This document shows positions 1-13,511 of a stretch of 64,000 bases of DNA, one piece after another. Under the pieces are notes generated by a model. The model was given only the letters and a program-made list of their open reading frames with translations, ran no database searches and was not told the DNA's origin. The stretch's first letter is position 1, and every line of letters begins with the position of its first letter. The stretch comes from Macrostomum lignano (lineage: Eukaryota). The position numbers were made by a program, and so were the translations under genes. The stretch covers positions 144,620-208,619 of the forward strand of contig NIVC01000612.1 of the NCBI GenBank assembly GCA_002269645.1, given 5' to 3'.

Positions 1-729
1 TCTTTTGTCTACCAAAATATGATGCAATCATTTTGTCAACAAAATATTAAATACAATGTCAGTCTAAAAGAAATATCTAGATTGTATATCTTAAAAATAT
101 TCAAAACTAAAAATAAGGAACTCATTTTTAAAGTATGAGTATAGTTATACATACTATTTTAAGACTCACCAAATGTTGACTTGACATATAGGTCTACTTA
201 AGTATATAATTTGAAGTTAAGTTTATATAAACTTTGCAACAGGATAGCAAATATTTTATTATCATTGGATTGGGATAGGGCCAGGAATCATAAAAATGCT
301 TATAATCATATTTAACTACAAACTACTTTATCTTCTAATTCACTAACAACTAACTGTCACAAAACTTTTTTTCAACAAATGTTTATATTAAATATATTTT
401 TTGAAATATTGCATTGAACAATATTATGCATGAAAAAAAGATATCCCTGATCCCATGACTCTTTACATAACTTGCTAGATAAACTCACCATTCTAGATTG
501 CATCCATAACCTACATTTGTGATTTTTTAGGGCTCTAGATTAGAGGTCGGATGGGATTGAAATCTTTGGGCGAGATCGGGATCGGGAATAATTTTTTTCT
601 TGGGATCAGGATTGGGATCGGGATTCAGGAATTGGGATCAGGTCTTTTAGTGTATTGTCCATGTAAAGTTAAACAAAATTGAGAAAAGATTATCCAGATC
701 AAGAAGTAAAACACAACGAAATTGATATG

Positions 730-909
730 TGTAGTGTACGCTCTGTGCGGTAATAATGTACTTGGCTTGGTCGATGAACTAACTCGTAGCAATACTCTTA
801 TTACGCAATGCTCTCGTGCCTATAAATACAGTATATTGAATTGAGCAATCGGCTCATTTAAGTGCATCGTTTCTCTCGCCAAACTAAATAGCTAGTCTGA
901 GTCATTACA
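730..909 (+). repeat. Gypsy 5' LTR (180 bp)
   Basis: Starts TGTAG, ends TTACA; matches 5228-5402 except one substitution and a 5-bp indel next to the TATAAATA motif. Confidence 0.95.
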
Positions 910-979
910 TGGCGTCGCAAGCAAACTCTCAGTGAGGCCAACCCCCCGCGCACTGATAACGACCGGTGATTCAGCAAAT

Positions 980-1765
980 ATGGCACAGGCCCTGCAACTC
1001 GCGGCACCAGACGCCTTTGACCTCGAAGGCGATCCTCTGACAAGAGCTCAGCGATGGAAAACCTGGACGCGAAGGTTCAACAGCTACATACACGCAGCTG
1101 GCATCACAGATGCGACACAGCAGCTGGAGCTCTTAGTTTACACTGCGGGCGAGAAGCTGGAAGACTTCATGGACGATAACGGCGTCAAGAAAGGAGAGTC
1201 TGCGGAGGAGCTCATCAAAGAGTTGCAGGGTATCTTCGACCAAAAGAACAGCGTTGTCTTCCTCAGGTATCAGTTTGAAATATGCCGGCAGGAGGAAGGA
1301 GAGTCAATTGAGGCCTGGTATCATCGGCTACGCAAGGCTGCGGACCAATGCACATTCGGCGAACTCCGAGACTCGCTCATCAGGGACAAGATCGTGGCTC
1401 ATTACCGGTCCGAGAGGATCAGGAGGGAACTCCTGCAGCTCAACGATGTCTCCTTAGACGACGTTTTGAAGCGAATCCGAGCGAGGGAGGCAGCGGAGCA
1501 GCAGGCCCAGGCCATGGAGATCGGCGCCGCAGCCGACACGGGCCATCCTTCCGCTTCGAATGTGGCGGCGCTGCGTCCACCTCGTAACCGACCATCCCAT
1601 ACAACCAGGCCGGCTGCCGCGGCAAGAGACAGCGGCATCAACTGCGATCGCTGCGGGCGACCAGGACATCAGACGTGCGAGGCAGCCCGTAACAAGGCGT
1701 GTCGACGCTGCGGCAAGATGGGTCATTTCGCTTGGGCGTGTCGAGAGCAGCTAAAGTCCCTCTGA
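980..1765 (+). CDS. Gypsy gag
   Basis: ORF from ATG 980 (MAQALQLAAP) with a gag-like helical region and zinc knuckles CDRCGRPGHQTC and CRRCGKMGHFAWAC. Confidence 0.9.
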   Translation: MAQALQLAAPDAFDLEGDPLTRAQRWKTWTRRFNSYIHAAGITDATQQLELLVYTAGEKLEDFMDDNGVKKGESAEELIKELQGIFDQKNSVVFLRYQFEICRQEEGESIEAWYHRLRKAADQCTFGELRDSLIRDKIVAHYRSERIRRELLQLNDVSLDDVLKRIRAREAAEQQAQAMEIGAAADTGHPSASNVAALRPPRNRPSHTTRPAAAARDSGINCDRCGRPGHQTCEAARNKACRRCGKMGHFAWACREQLKSL

Positions 1766-4700
1766 GGACCGTTGACGAACCGCAGGAGGAGGCTCCGCCG
1801 GGTCGAGTCGAATATCTGCAAGACGACCCCGTCGAGCACGAGCTATTCACCCTGAGGAACTGCGGCTCAGCTTGGACGCCTGCGACAATTAATGGGCTCA
1901 AGACAAAGGTGCTCATCGACAGCGGCGCGGCCTGCAACATCATCGACAGGGCGGCCTACGACAGGATGCCGCAAAAAGCCGCGCTGCAGCCCGCCAGCGA
2001 CAAGGTCTACCCATACGGAAGCCAAGAGCCGCTGAGATTGCTGGGCAAGGCAGACCTGCAAGTCAGCGTGTTCGAGATCCACGAGACACTACCGTTCTTG
2101 GTGCTCGACGGTGAGGGCGCTTGCATCATTGGCCGGAGAAGCGCTGAAAGACTTCAGATTCTGCGAGTCGGCCCGGAGAACAAGGTGGCATACCAGCTGC
2201 GTCCGTCTCCCGAGGTCTCGCTAGACAGCATGCTAACAGGGATCCCAAAGGACGTCCTACATGCGCCGGGGGCACCGGCCCTGCACGAACTCCTAACGGA
2301 GAACGCACTAGTCTTCAGCGGAATCGGCAGGCTCAAAAACTATGCCGCCCGCATCTTCCTGGAGGAGGGAGCCAGGCCGGTCTGTCATCCCCATCAAGGG
2401 TGCCAATACATCTCGCACAGGCAGTCGACGCCGAGCTGCAGTGCCTCGAGGACCAAGGCATCATCGAGCCGGTGGAAGGCCCCTGTCCGTGGGTAGCCCG
2501 CATCGTCGTCGTGCCCAAGCAGACTCCAGGCGAGATCAGGATTACGCAGGACTTGAGAGACCTGAACAAGTCGGTCGTTAGAGAGCGGCATCCCATCCCG
2601 ACATTCGAGGAGGTGACGGGAGACATGGCAGGAGCGCAGCTATTCTCAGAGCTCGACATCGCGAAGGCATTTTATCAAATCCCAGTCGCCGACGAATGCC
2701 GCCATCTTCTGACTTTTTCGACACCACGAGGCCTGCGGCGGCTGACACGGCTCTGTATGGGACTGTCTACGGCCCAGGAAATTCTCCAGGCGGTCATGTC
2801 ATCCGTGCTAGCTGGACTCCCGAAAGTAAAATGGATTCACGACGACATCATCGTGTATGGGCACAGCGTGGCGGAGCACCACAGCAACCTGCAGGCATGT
2901 CTGCGACGACTGGCACAGCACGGGCTGACGCTGAATCCGTTAAAATGCAAGCTCGCCCATACCGAGGTCACGTTTATGGGGATGCAGCTGTCCAGTGAAG
3001 GTGTCAGACCAACCCAGTCCAAGTTGGAAGCCATCCATGCATTTGCCGAGCCAAAGACTGCCACAGAGGTGCGCTCGTTCCTAGGCCTGGTCAACTATCT
3101 GGCCTCATTCACCCCCGGCTGGCGGATGTAGCGAGGCCACTGCGCAATCTGACTAGGAAAGGCGAGCCCTGGGCATGGACCGACCTCGAGAAACGAGCTT
3201 TTGACGACGTGAAGACCCGGATTGCGACCAGCGGCACCCTCGCCTTCTTCAACCACCGCCTAGCGACGCAACTCATCGTCGACGCCGGCCCAGCGGGCCT
3301 GGGCGCGATCCTAACGCAGACGCAAGCGGACGGCACCAACCGGCCTGTCGCGTACGCCAGCCGGACGCTATCCGATGTTGAGCAGCGCTACTCCCAGACT
3401 GAGAAGGAGGCGCTGGCCGTCAAATACGGCTGCTTGAAATTTCAGTACTATCTGCACGGCGCTCCGACATTTACGGTGGTGACAGACCACAAGCCGCTCA
3501 TCGCATTGTTCAGCAGTGGCTCAAGGCCTCCCCGAGGATCGAAAGAATGGCGCTGCGCATTCAGCACATGAAATTTACAGTCGAATATCAGCCTGGCCCA
3601 CTTAACCCAGCGGACGTGCTGAGCCAGCAGCCGCTGCCAACACGAGGAAGAAATGTCGGCGAAGAGCTCGACACCCTCTGCATCGCTGCAATCGTCCAGG
3701 CGGCCATACCGAACGCGCTGTCGCTGTCCTCAGTGCAAGAGAGTTCGCTGCAAGATGCAACAATTCAAGCCGCTATTCGATCGCTGGAGACAGGACGATG
3801 GAGCCTCGAGTCGGCGGAGATGCGATCGCTCCACGCCCTACGGAATGAGCTATCGGCAGCGGACGGCGTGCTCCTGCGGGGCCAGAGAATCGTAGTTCCA
3901 ATGGCGCTTCGGCGCCTGGTTTTGGACCTGGCACACCGCGGTCATCAGTGCCTGCGCAAGACGGTTGACCGTTTGAGCACCAAAGTCTGGTGGCCAAGGG
4001 TGCAGGAGCTCTTCGTGCGTGCCTGCCGAGCCTGTGCAGCTACGTCGCACGCGGCCGACGTGACCGCCGCGCCGCTGAAGCCGACGCCGATCCCGAAAGC
4101 TGCATGGCTAACACTAGGGGCAGACCTGCTAGGCCCCATTCAAGGCAGCATGCTGCTCGTCTGCGTTGACCACTACTCGCGCTTCCCTGAAGTCGAGATC
4201 GTCCAGACCACAACGGCCGAAGCGCTGATTCCCAAGCTGAGGAATTCGTTCGCCAGATTCGGCATCCCACAGGTACTGGTCACCGATAACGGCCCGCCAT
4301 TCTCCTCGGCCCAGTTCAAAGGCTTTCTGGACAGCCACGGAATCCGGCAGCGTCTCATCACACCGCTGCATCCGCAGGCCAACGGCATCACTGAGCGCCT
4401 GAACCGCTCCATCAATAAGGTTGTACGAGCTGCCATTGCCCAGAAGCGCGACTGGAGGGCGGCCCTTGACGAGTGGCTGCTGGCCTACCGTTGCACGCCG
4501 CAGCGAACCACCAACCGGGCACCAGCCGAGCTGCTCTTGGGTCGCGTCCCAAACGATGCCATCCCGTCAATCAGGCCGTCGAGACCGGTGGCCATCGCAG
4601 ACAGGAGGCTCCGACAGCAGGACGCCAGCAGCAAGGCAAAGGGCAAGCGCTACACGGACAAGCGACGGCAGGCGAGACCGCATGGGCTCAAAGTCGGCGA

Positions 4701-4995
4701 CACGGTGCTCCGGTGCCGACTAAATCCGCTCAAGGGCGAGGCTCCATTCGAGTGGACACCCTGGCTGGTCGAGAGTGTCAAGGGCGACTCGATGACCATT
4801 CGGCAGGGCGCCAGAGTTTGCAGGCGGCACTGCACTGACCTGAAGCGGGTAGCACCAGATGCAGAGCCTGATTTTCCTGTTGGGGAGACCGCACCGCCGA
4901 TCTTGCAAGCTGCGGGGAGCGAACCCGCGACCCCTCCAATTGCGCTGCGACCACACCCCCGAGAGGCCAAGGTGAAAGTGAACTATAGGGTTTAA
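1699..4995 (+). pseudogene. Gypsy pol (PR-RT-RNase H-integrase) broken by three apparent 1-bp deletions
   Basis: LIDSGA protease; RT PWVARIVVVPK...WIHDDII; RH VDAGPAGLGAIL...YSQTEKEAL; integrase with H/C zinc motif and TDNG...ERLNR. Frame changes near 2390, 3122 and 3532. Confidence 0.9.
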
Positions 4996-5227
4996 CTATA
5001 ACTCGCGCTTGGCAGACTGACGCTAATATCTTGTTTGATTTTGCTTTTGCGTCTTGAGATTGCGGATAGAAAATTGTTCATTCTCCAGCTAAGGCATTAC
5101 ATGTACAATCAGTAACATTTTCTCTATTAATGTTTCTTCTTTGCAAGATTTTACTCGTATTTGTGGTAATTTTCAGTTTTTAAAAAAACCTTTTGCAGTA
5201 AAACTTTTAATCCAAAATGAGGAGAGA

Positions 5228-5402
5228 TGTAGTGTACGCTCTGCGCGGTAATAATGTACTTGGCTTGGTCGATGAACTAACTCGTAGCAATACTCTTATT
5301 ACGCAATGCTCTCGTGCCTATAAATATATTGAATTGAGCAATCGGCTCATTTAAGTGCATCGTTTCTCTCGCCAAACTAAATAGCTAGTCTGAGTCATTA
5401 CA
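5228..5402 (+). repeat. Gypsy 3' LTR (175 bp)
   Basis: Direct repeat of 730-909, preceded by a polypurine tract. Confidence 0.95.
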
Positions 5403-5743
5403 ATATGAAGTTTTGTAACCAACAAAGTAAATAATGTAACAAGTACAAGTTAAAGCAAAATACCTTCAAGTAATCACTAATTCTATAAATTTTTAATCAA
5501 AAGACCTGTTCCCAAATCTCGAGTTTTTTAGGGTTAGGATTCTGGTCCCGCGGGAATTCAATTTTCCTTGGGATCCCGAGATTTTGGGATTGGGATTGGG
5601 ATCCCGTCCGACCTCTACTCTAGATAGATGAAGATCCTTGGACTAGATGCCACTTTTGCAAGCTTTTCTGTTGCTTGCATGGGACAGGTCATAGGTGGGT
5701 GTGGCCCTAAGTAAGGGCAAGGCTAAAGATACCTTTCTATTTG

Positions 5744-6332
5744 CCATAGTCCGGATGGTGTAATGTGGTACGCCGGAAGGAAAAAGGAGGATTCCCAAGT
5801 GGTACGCCAGTGGTACGCCAAAAGAAAGACGTGGGGGTCCCTTAGTGTATAACGTTGCGGCACTAAAAATTTCGACTTTGAAAACGGTAAAATATGGCGG
5901 ACAAACTTTAACAATTATTAAAAAATAACAGATATAATCAGCGCTCAGAAATTTATTTACCAATAATACTAGGCTAAATTATTTTATTAATATATTTATA
6001 AAATGATTAATCAAGTTATACAATGCAGGAAAAAATATATGCAATTTTTTACGTAAAATACATTGTCGTGTGATGTAGTCGTATCTTGTATGTCGTAATT
6101 TACGCATAATTACAAAAAGTTTTTACTCTGGCAACGATTTTTTTGCCTGGTGGTGCCAATGGTACGCTAAAAGTGGTACGCCAATTCAACTTCAGCTTGG
6201 TGGTACGCCAAAGGTGGTACGCCAAATGCTTTTTCGAATCGGTGGTACGCCAATGGTGGTACGCCAATTTTTCGGAAAACTCATTTGGTACGCCGGAAAT
6301 CTCCGGCGTACCAGTCACCTTCCGGAGTATGG
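5744..6332. mobile_element. Non-autonomous TIR DNA transposon (superfamily unresolved)
   Basis: Imperfect TIRs CCATAGTCCGGATGGTG / CACCTTCCGGAGTATGG; 8-bp TSD TCTATTTG at 5736-5743 and 6333-6340; about ten internal (GG)TGGTACGCCA motifs; 12-bp perfect hairpin 6286-6313. Confidence 0.8.
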
Positions 6333-8697
6333 TCTATTTGTAGCTTAAGTTCATAGGTTGCAAATTGCAATAGGGGCTTTGCGGCTTTAGCCTAGGGCCT
6401 ATTGTAGCATTTTGCCCCCTAGCATAAGACAGTTAATAAAAAAGTAATCTATCACCAAACTTTTAAAAAATAATTAGTTTGTGCTAGGCCTAACCTAAGG
6501 CCTATTCCTAGTATGTGCATAGTGCATAGAAGTATATATATAGACCCTAAGACTAGGGGAATAAGATCAAGTAAGTAATATAGATCATAGGCCTATTCAT
6601 GGTGTTAGGGGCCTATATAATAATACAAAATGACTCATGAGTTCATAGGATGATAGGACTTTAGGAGTATATAGAACTACTCATGTTCTTATACAAGAGA
6701 CTTAGGCCTAATATTGTGCTATTGTAAACATAAAAAATTGCCTATAATCTTCTAGCTAGGCCTAGGTAGGCCTAGTAAATCTACATAACATTCACATAAT
6801 ATTTAGGCCTAAAGTAAAAGACATCCAATACTAGGCCTACTGTCATTGACTCATTAGAATTTATGGTTAGACCAAGCATACTGCATTGCATAGCAAATTA
6901 GCAGTGCATACTGGGATGATACTGCCTAGGCTAGGCCTACTCAAATATAGGCCTAATTCTAATTCGATGCCAAATACCAGATGCCAGATGACTATAAATA
7001 TAATGACAATGACAATTAGTATATCCGTAGGTAGGCTTGCGTACATATACATGGCAAGGACCTTGAAGGACGACTTAGTACTACTTATGTCGTCCTTGAT
7101 ATGATACAAGGCGCGTGAAGGCGGTAGAAGTATAGTCCTTGGACGATAAATGACCATCTTCTTGTTAAACGTAACCCCGTAACCAACAATTACTCTTAAC
7201 TTAAAAATACGCCGTAGAAGGCTGAAACTAACGTTGATTACATTATTTGATCACCCTTTATTTAAAAAAAGTGAGTAGATTAAGTAACTACATGAATCAT
7301 TAGTAAATTTGTTATTATTTCCCTTTAAAGGCTATAAAATATCAAAATGCGGCGTATTTTGTAGAATTCTGACCATACCAAGGACTATACAAACATCTAT
7401 TAAATTAGCTTGCTACTATTTTACCCTCACTACCCCGGTAGCAATAATCAATACACACCGATATGGATTTTTGCACTTCTTATGGATCTGCTGTCCTAGC
7501 TCCCAAACCTTATCTCCCCTATTGCTTTTAGGGAATTACCCACCTTTTTATTTCTTTTTCGTAGAATCTTAATGTACAATATTCTTTTATCTGCTTTCCA
7601 CCTAGCCAAGGACCTATATATATAATTGGTCCTTGATCTTAGCTAGCACATGCGCAAAAGCGCACACTGCCCAGCTCTTTCACTGCGCAATTATCACAGC
7701 CTGCAATTATCATTTACTGCTGTAGCACAATTGTAGCATGGGAACACTCGATCAGTTTGCATGATCTGTGATCCCCGACTAGCCTTTCCCATTCCATTTA
7801 ATTACTCGAGCAAATAATCATCTTCTATACTTCTCAACCTTGTTAAGTGACTAACTATAAATGCTCGCAAAACCCTTGCCAGAGTTGCTCGCTATACAGC
7901 AATGTTTCCTTCTTATTTCCTGCTGTTATTTCTACTTGTAGACATGGAGCATTTGGCAGACACTCCCACACTTTTTACCTGCGCACCCAACTGTCCATGC
8001 AATTCTTCCCATGTTTGTTTTCAACTCCCCGCCAATTTATTTCATTTTCTTCTGCTATTACTCTGAGTCTGACTGCTCACTATTGTGTACATGTATGTTC
8101 CTCCCGAATTCTCTTTTAAACTCAACTGCACATACAGAGTGCTTAACTAGTAGAGTCGCACACCCTACTCGCGTGATCAGGCTGGCCCACATCCTCTCCA
8201 TTTCTTCATTATTTCAGCAGTCCTGCCCCCCTCCCAATTTTTGTGCACCCTTCCTCTTCCCCTGTGACTCATGCTTCTCATGCTTATCGCCTAAACACCA
8301 CTATATGCTTCGAGCACCAACCCCACTTTTCTATATTTCAAAATAATTCATGTGTGTGACAATTAATTTATATCATCCCCTATCTCCCCAAGCCTTAATC
8401 TTCCTGCAGCTGTTATGTAATCCCCCATCATAAATCATTTTCTTCGTTGTGCCCCACCCCAATTTCTCGGCTAATCGCAGCACGTCTGGCAGGTGACGTC
8501 ACCAGGTTTGCTTGGTGACATAGGGCAAAGACAAGTCACGGCTTTTAAATATCACGCATCATATGCGCCTCACGTGATCGCGTGGCACGTGATCTGAGGA
8601 TGATCTTGTAGATAAGAGCTCGTTTTGAGCCCTGAGCTGTCAAAACCTGTCCTAACCTGTCTGAACCTGTCCACTGGACTTTCTCCTTTCTCCCACT

Positions 8698-8880
8698 CAG
8701 GGACTACTCAAACACCGGGACGGGAAACTAGGAGTTTTTCACGAGGCTGGTCTTTTAGCAGCTGACGAGGCTGGCTGGTTTACTTTCATAGAGCGATGCG
8801 CTGTGTTACTTTGTTGTTAATGGTCATTTTCTACTGCTGCTAAAAAACCAGCCTCGTAAAAAATTCCTAAGTAGTCCCTG
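8698..8880. mobile_element. hAT-type MITE (CAGGGACTACT termini)
   Basis: TIRs CAGGGACTACT / AGTAGTCCCTG; TSD CTCCCACT / CTGCCACT (7/8); internal ~32-bp inverted repeat 8731-8762 vs 8836-8867. Confidence 0.78.
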
Positions 8881-10080
8881 CTGCCACTCTCGTTTTACCC
8901 CGGCCCCTGACACCCGACCTCTTTCCTGACTCACTGCTTTTCCTCTGAAGGTGGCACTTCTTGATTTTACTCCGTCTCTCCCCTTTGCTAATTTACGAGT
9001 GTTTTGGCTGGGCTGATTGTCCGTGTGACTGCAGCCGCCACCGTGACCATCCCACGGACCACCGCGTCAAGCGCAGCAGCCCTGCCCGCCGGCCGCGTCT
9101 GTATTTTTTGTCTGTTGCGCTGCCCTTGGGTATAGTCAGCCCCGGTCTTCTCCCCCCATTGCTCACCATCTTCTAATCTTTAAATCATAGCTTATTAATT
9201 ACATCTGTTAGGGCCAAGTTTAAGGGCCAGTAATTTAGGGCATTAGCTATATATTCAATTTACTATGAGTCGTGGTAGATGAAATATGAATAGTGAGTGC
9301 GCCTGTCGCAGGGCATGAAATCGAAGCTGAGGATCAGAGTGGAGGATCACCGAGTATGAGCCGAATTTAACCAATTATTAGTCGTGTAGCAGCAACAATA
9401 CGAGCTACTTATAAAATAAGTCGCGTTAGGATGTGCACTGGGACCTGCAATTCCCCATCCCTGCTGCATCGAACCTTTCTATAGGAGGAAAGACATTAAG
9501 ATGACGTTATCTACTATCCATCCTTGGAATCCTGGGGCTTAGGAAGGAATTGCGTAGTCTAGGGTCGCTCATCAGCTGAAAGATCCCGCCTATGCAAGAG
9601 TCCTCATTTGCAGCACTGACTAGACTGTACTTGTAAGCCTCGCATTGAGTCACTTAACTTTAAGCTGCCGAATGATCAACAGAGCTGACCCGAACTTGCT
9701 GTCCAGATAATGGGATCTTGTTGGCCGCAACGCCAGCTACCGCACCATTCGGAGGCAGACAAAGTCTAGGGTACGAGGCCTGGCTGCTGTACCTCTCATC
9801 GTCAGAGCCCAGGGGGGTTTCACAGGTGTTTTCATACAGCCCGGGTTTACGCCATTCATTTTCTGATACTCACCCCATTGACACGCCATTGTTCTCTCCT
9901 TTCACTCTATTTTTCTCGATAGTTTTACTCTCGTTTACTCTCGAACGGCATCATATCTATCAGTTCCTCAGAATTGCGTCACTGCCTACCTGGATCTATC
10001 TTAATTTTCCACTTGTGACACGTGATGGCCCCATGCTTTTAGAAACAGGTCCGTGACGTCAGAATTAAGACCGGAGGCCA

Positions 10081-10083
<3 letters not shown>

Positions 10084-10127
<44 letters not shown>
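10084..10127. repeat. (AG)n microsatellite
   Basis: Pure AG run. Confidence 0.95.
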
Positions 10128-10130
<3 letters not shown>

Positions 10131-11320
10131 TGTGACTTGGACTCGGATAGGACGCCATATGTCAGCTGAACGTCGGTTGTAATGTAAAACTACATACTTT
10201 TAGACGCTGGATTGCTGTGCTGGTAACCTAACTGAACCCTACGGATTTGACCGACGACAGAGAGTACTGCTCGTCCTAACGCGCGGTCCACTTCAGCCAT
10301 TTTACTGCTGCTTTTTGCAGTTGTCATTCTGACGTTTTGATCGACTTAAAAAAATACAAATTGAATCAGTTTGCAAAAATTATTGGCTAAAAAATTTACC
10401 GCCTAAGCTTTAATAGAGTTGAATTTTGCACCATATGTATTTTGATTTATTGTAGGTCAAAATCGATCCGAAAAAATGGATTAGCAAACCAGCTCACATC
10501 TGAGCACACCAGCTAACAAGTGCAACAACACCCTAGGCAGTCGCTGACATCAAGGCTGTGAGGTCGCTGGCAGCAGCGGGTCCTGCTGGCCCAACAGAAG
10601 CTGGCGACAATTTAGGCCCAATAAAATAAACTGGGGAGGTCAGCTTCATGGAAATGGGCAGAGAGGGCAAGTTCAAGTGCATGTATAGCGATGAAGCTGC
10701 ACGCAGATTCCCATGATTCCCACAAAGGCGCAGGCCAAGCAAGACTTGGGATTGGAAGATGGGGAAGCCTATCCAAGAACATGCATCACGTGACCACTGA
10801 GCAGACCATAAAACCGCCGCATAGGCGACCTGTGATGTCATCATACCGATTGGAGTTTGGGGAGCAGCGCTATCAAAGCATGCAAAAAAACAAAAAAAAC
10901 AAAAAAAAATTGGGCATCAAATTGATTAAACAAATAATTACAAAAATCTTGGATAAGCAAGGAGTAAGCGTGAGGAAAAACAAGCAAAGGTTTGGGTTGA
11001 GCTATTTTTTTAGTCAAAAGATGTACCGCCACGGAAAAATTTCTGATCGAACAGTGCAAGTTCGAAGAAAATCGGTTCAGCCATTTTGCTAAAATCGATC
11101 GCTACCTAGAAAGATAGATAGATACCTACCGACAGACCATTTTTAGTATATGGAAGATTCGCTCTCACTACCACTAAATAAACATTGTTTTGTGTGCAGA
11201 TTCCACGTCATTAAATATTTCCTCGTTGCTCCGTGCATCTGCAGTCGCGTGATTTGACGCCAGTTTTTATGGCAGTCTGAACGAGTCTTAAGAACTTTAC
11301 ACGCTTTGGTGGGTCCAGGA

Positions 11321-12326
<1,006 letters not shown>

Positions 12327-13511
12327 GGTCCAGGGTCATGTTAGAGGTGATCGTTACGCGCACGTGGGGTCTCATCCTAAGGTCTTAAGATCGGAAGAAT
12401 TTGTTTGGCAATATTTAACATGACAAAACATAACATATAACATTAACATAACATAACAAAACATAACATAACACATTAACAAGCAGAGGAGAAAATCGTG
12501 AATCCAGGGTGACAGGGTGACAGGGTGACAATTATATGTTAAAGTTCGATAAGGCAAGGCTTATTTTTAGGAAACTTAACTGGGGTCAGAAGTCTCACCA
12601 AGAATGACAGAATTCAATGTGCATAGGTAACAGCGAACTAAGATACCCATAAATTTAAATATCATCTTTAATTTACATTTAATTCACTGGGAATTAGCAA
12701 TTTGATTCCATTAACTAGCTACACAAACACAATGCGCAGGAAGACAAATTCAAATTCATGAAATTAGAAATATTATTAAGGTTTACAATAAAACAGCAAA
12801 TTAGAAAAAAACTGGGTTTGAAATAGCTAGTATCAAATAATTCTTCGTAGATTTCGACAGTTCTCAATAAAAAAATCAAGACAGAGGAAAAGTTGATCGA
12901 TGAGGGATAATATGCGCTATAATGCTGGATAGCTAAGTTACAAAAATTAACAATATTCCACCCCACTTTTGAATACTCTGCAACATTATTTAGCAACATA
13001 ATCCATTGAACTATTCACAACCGGGATTTGCAATGCCATTAAAATAATTAAAATAAAATAATAATTTAGTTGCAACTTTTGGTGAATTGAACACGAACAG
13101 TATAAGCACCGCCAATTAAGATCAGCATTTAAAAATCCTATTTAGCAGCATTTGTACAGAAACGTCAATCAGCCCTCTTGCACAGAACCGACTTCATTAC
13201 CTCTATTATGAAATGCCATGCCTATAGTAGCTACGAGCTAACAAATATTTACTATAGCGGCTGGCGTCATATGGTGGTTTAACCATTTAACAATAATTTA
13301 AGTTTTCTTACAATTTTACGAGAATATTCGCAATTTTACCACTTGTATTTCATTCCTAACTATAAAATGCTTCAATTCAAACTACTTGTAGTTATCTTCA
13401 CTTACGGTTTTAAGCTTACTTTAAGCTAGCAACATAAACAACCAACCAAACATTACCAACAGAAACCTCCAGTGAAAAATACAGTCAGTTGGTTTGCCTT
13501 TAGCCTCAAAA

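Larger units (their letters stand above)
730..5402 (+). mobile_element. Full-length Ty3/Gypsy LTR retrotransposon with short LTRs
   Basis: TG..CA LTRs 730-909 and 5228-5402; 5-bp TSD ATATG (725-729, 5403-5407); TGGCG PBS-like at 910; PPT GAGGAGAGA 5219-5227; domain order gag-PR-RT-RH-IN. Confidence 0.96.
541..5617. mobile_element. Non-autonomous hAT (Buster/Charlie-like) MITE, ~400 bp without the nested LTR element
   Basis: TIRs TAGAGGTCGGATGGGAT (541) and ATCCCGTCCGACCTCTA (ends 5617); perfect 8-bp TSD CTCTAGAT at 533-540 and 5618-5625; subterminal GGGAT(C/T) repeats on both sides. Confidence 0.88.

Noticed and set aside
9206-10020. Possible solo LTR (TGTTAG...GTGACA, TATA-like motif near 9410)
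   Set aside because: No matching TSD, PBS or PPT and no second copy in the window.
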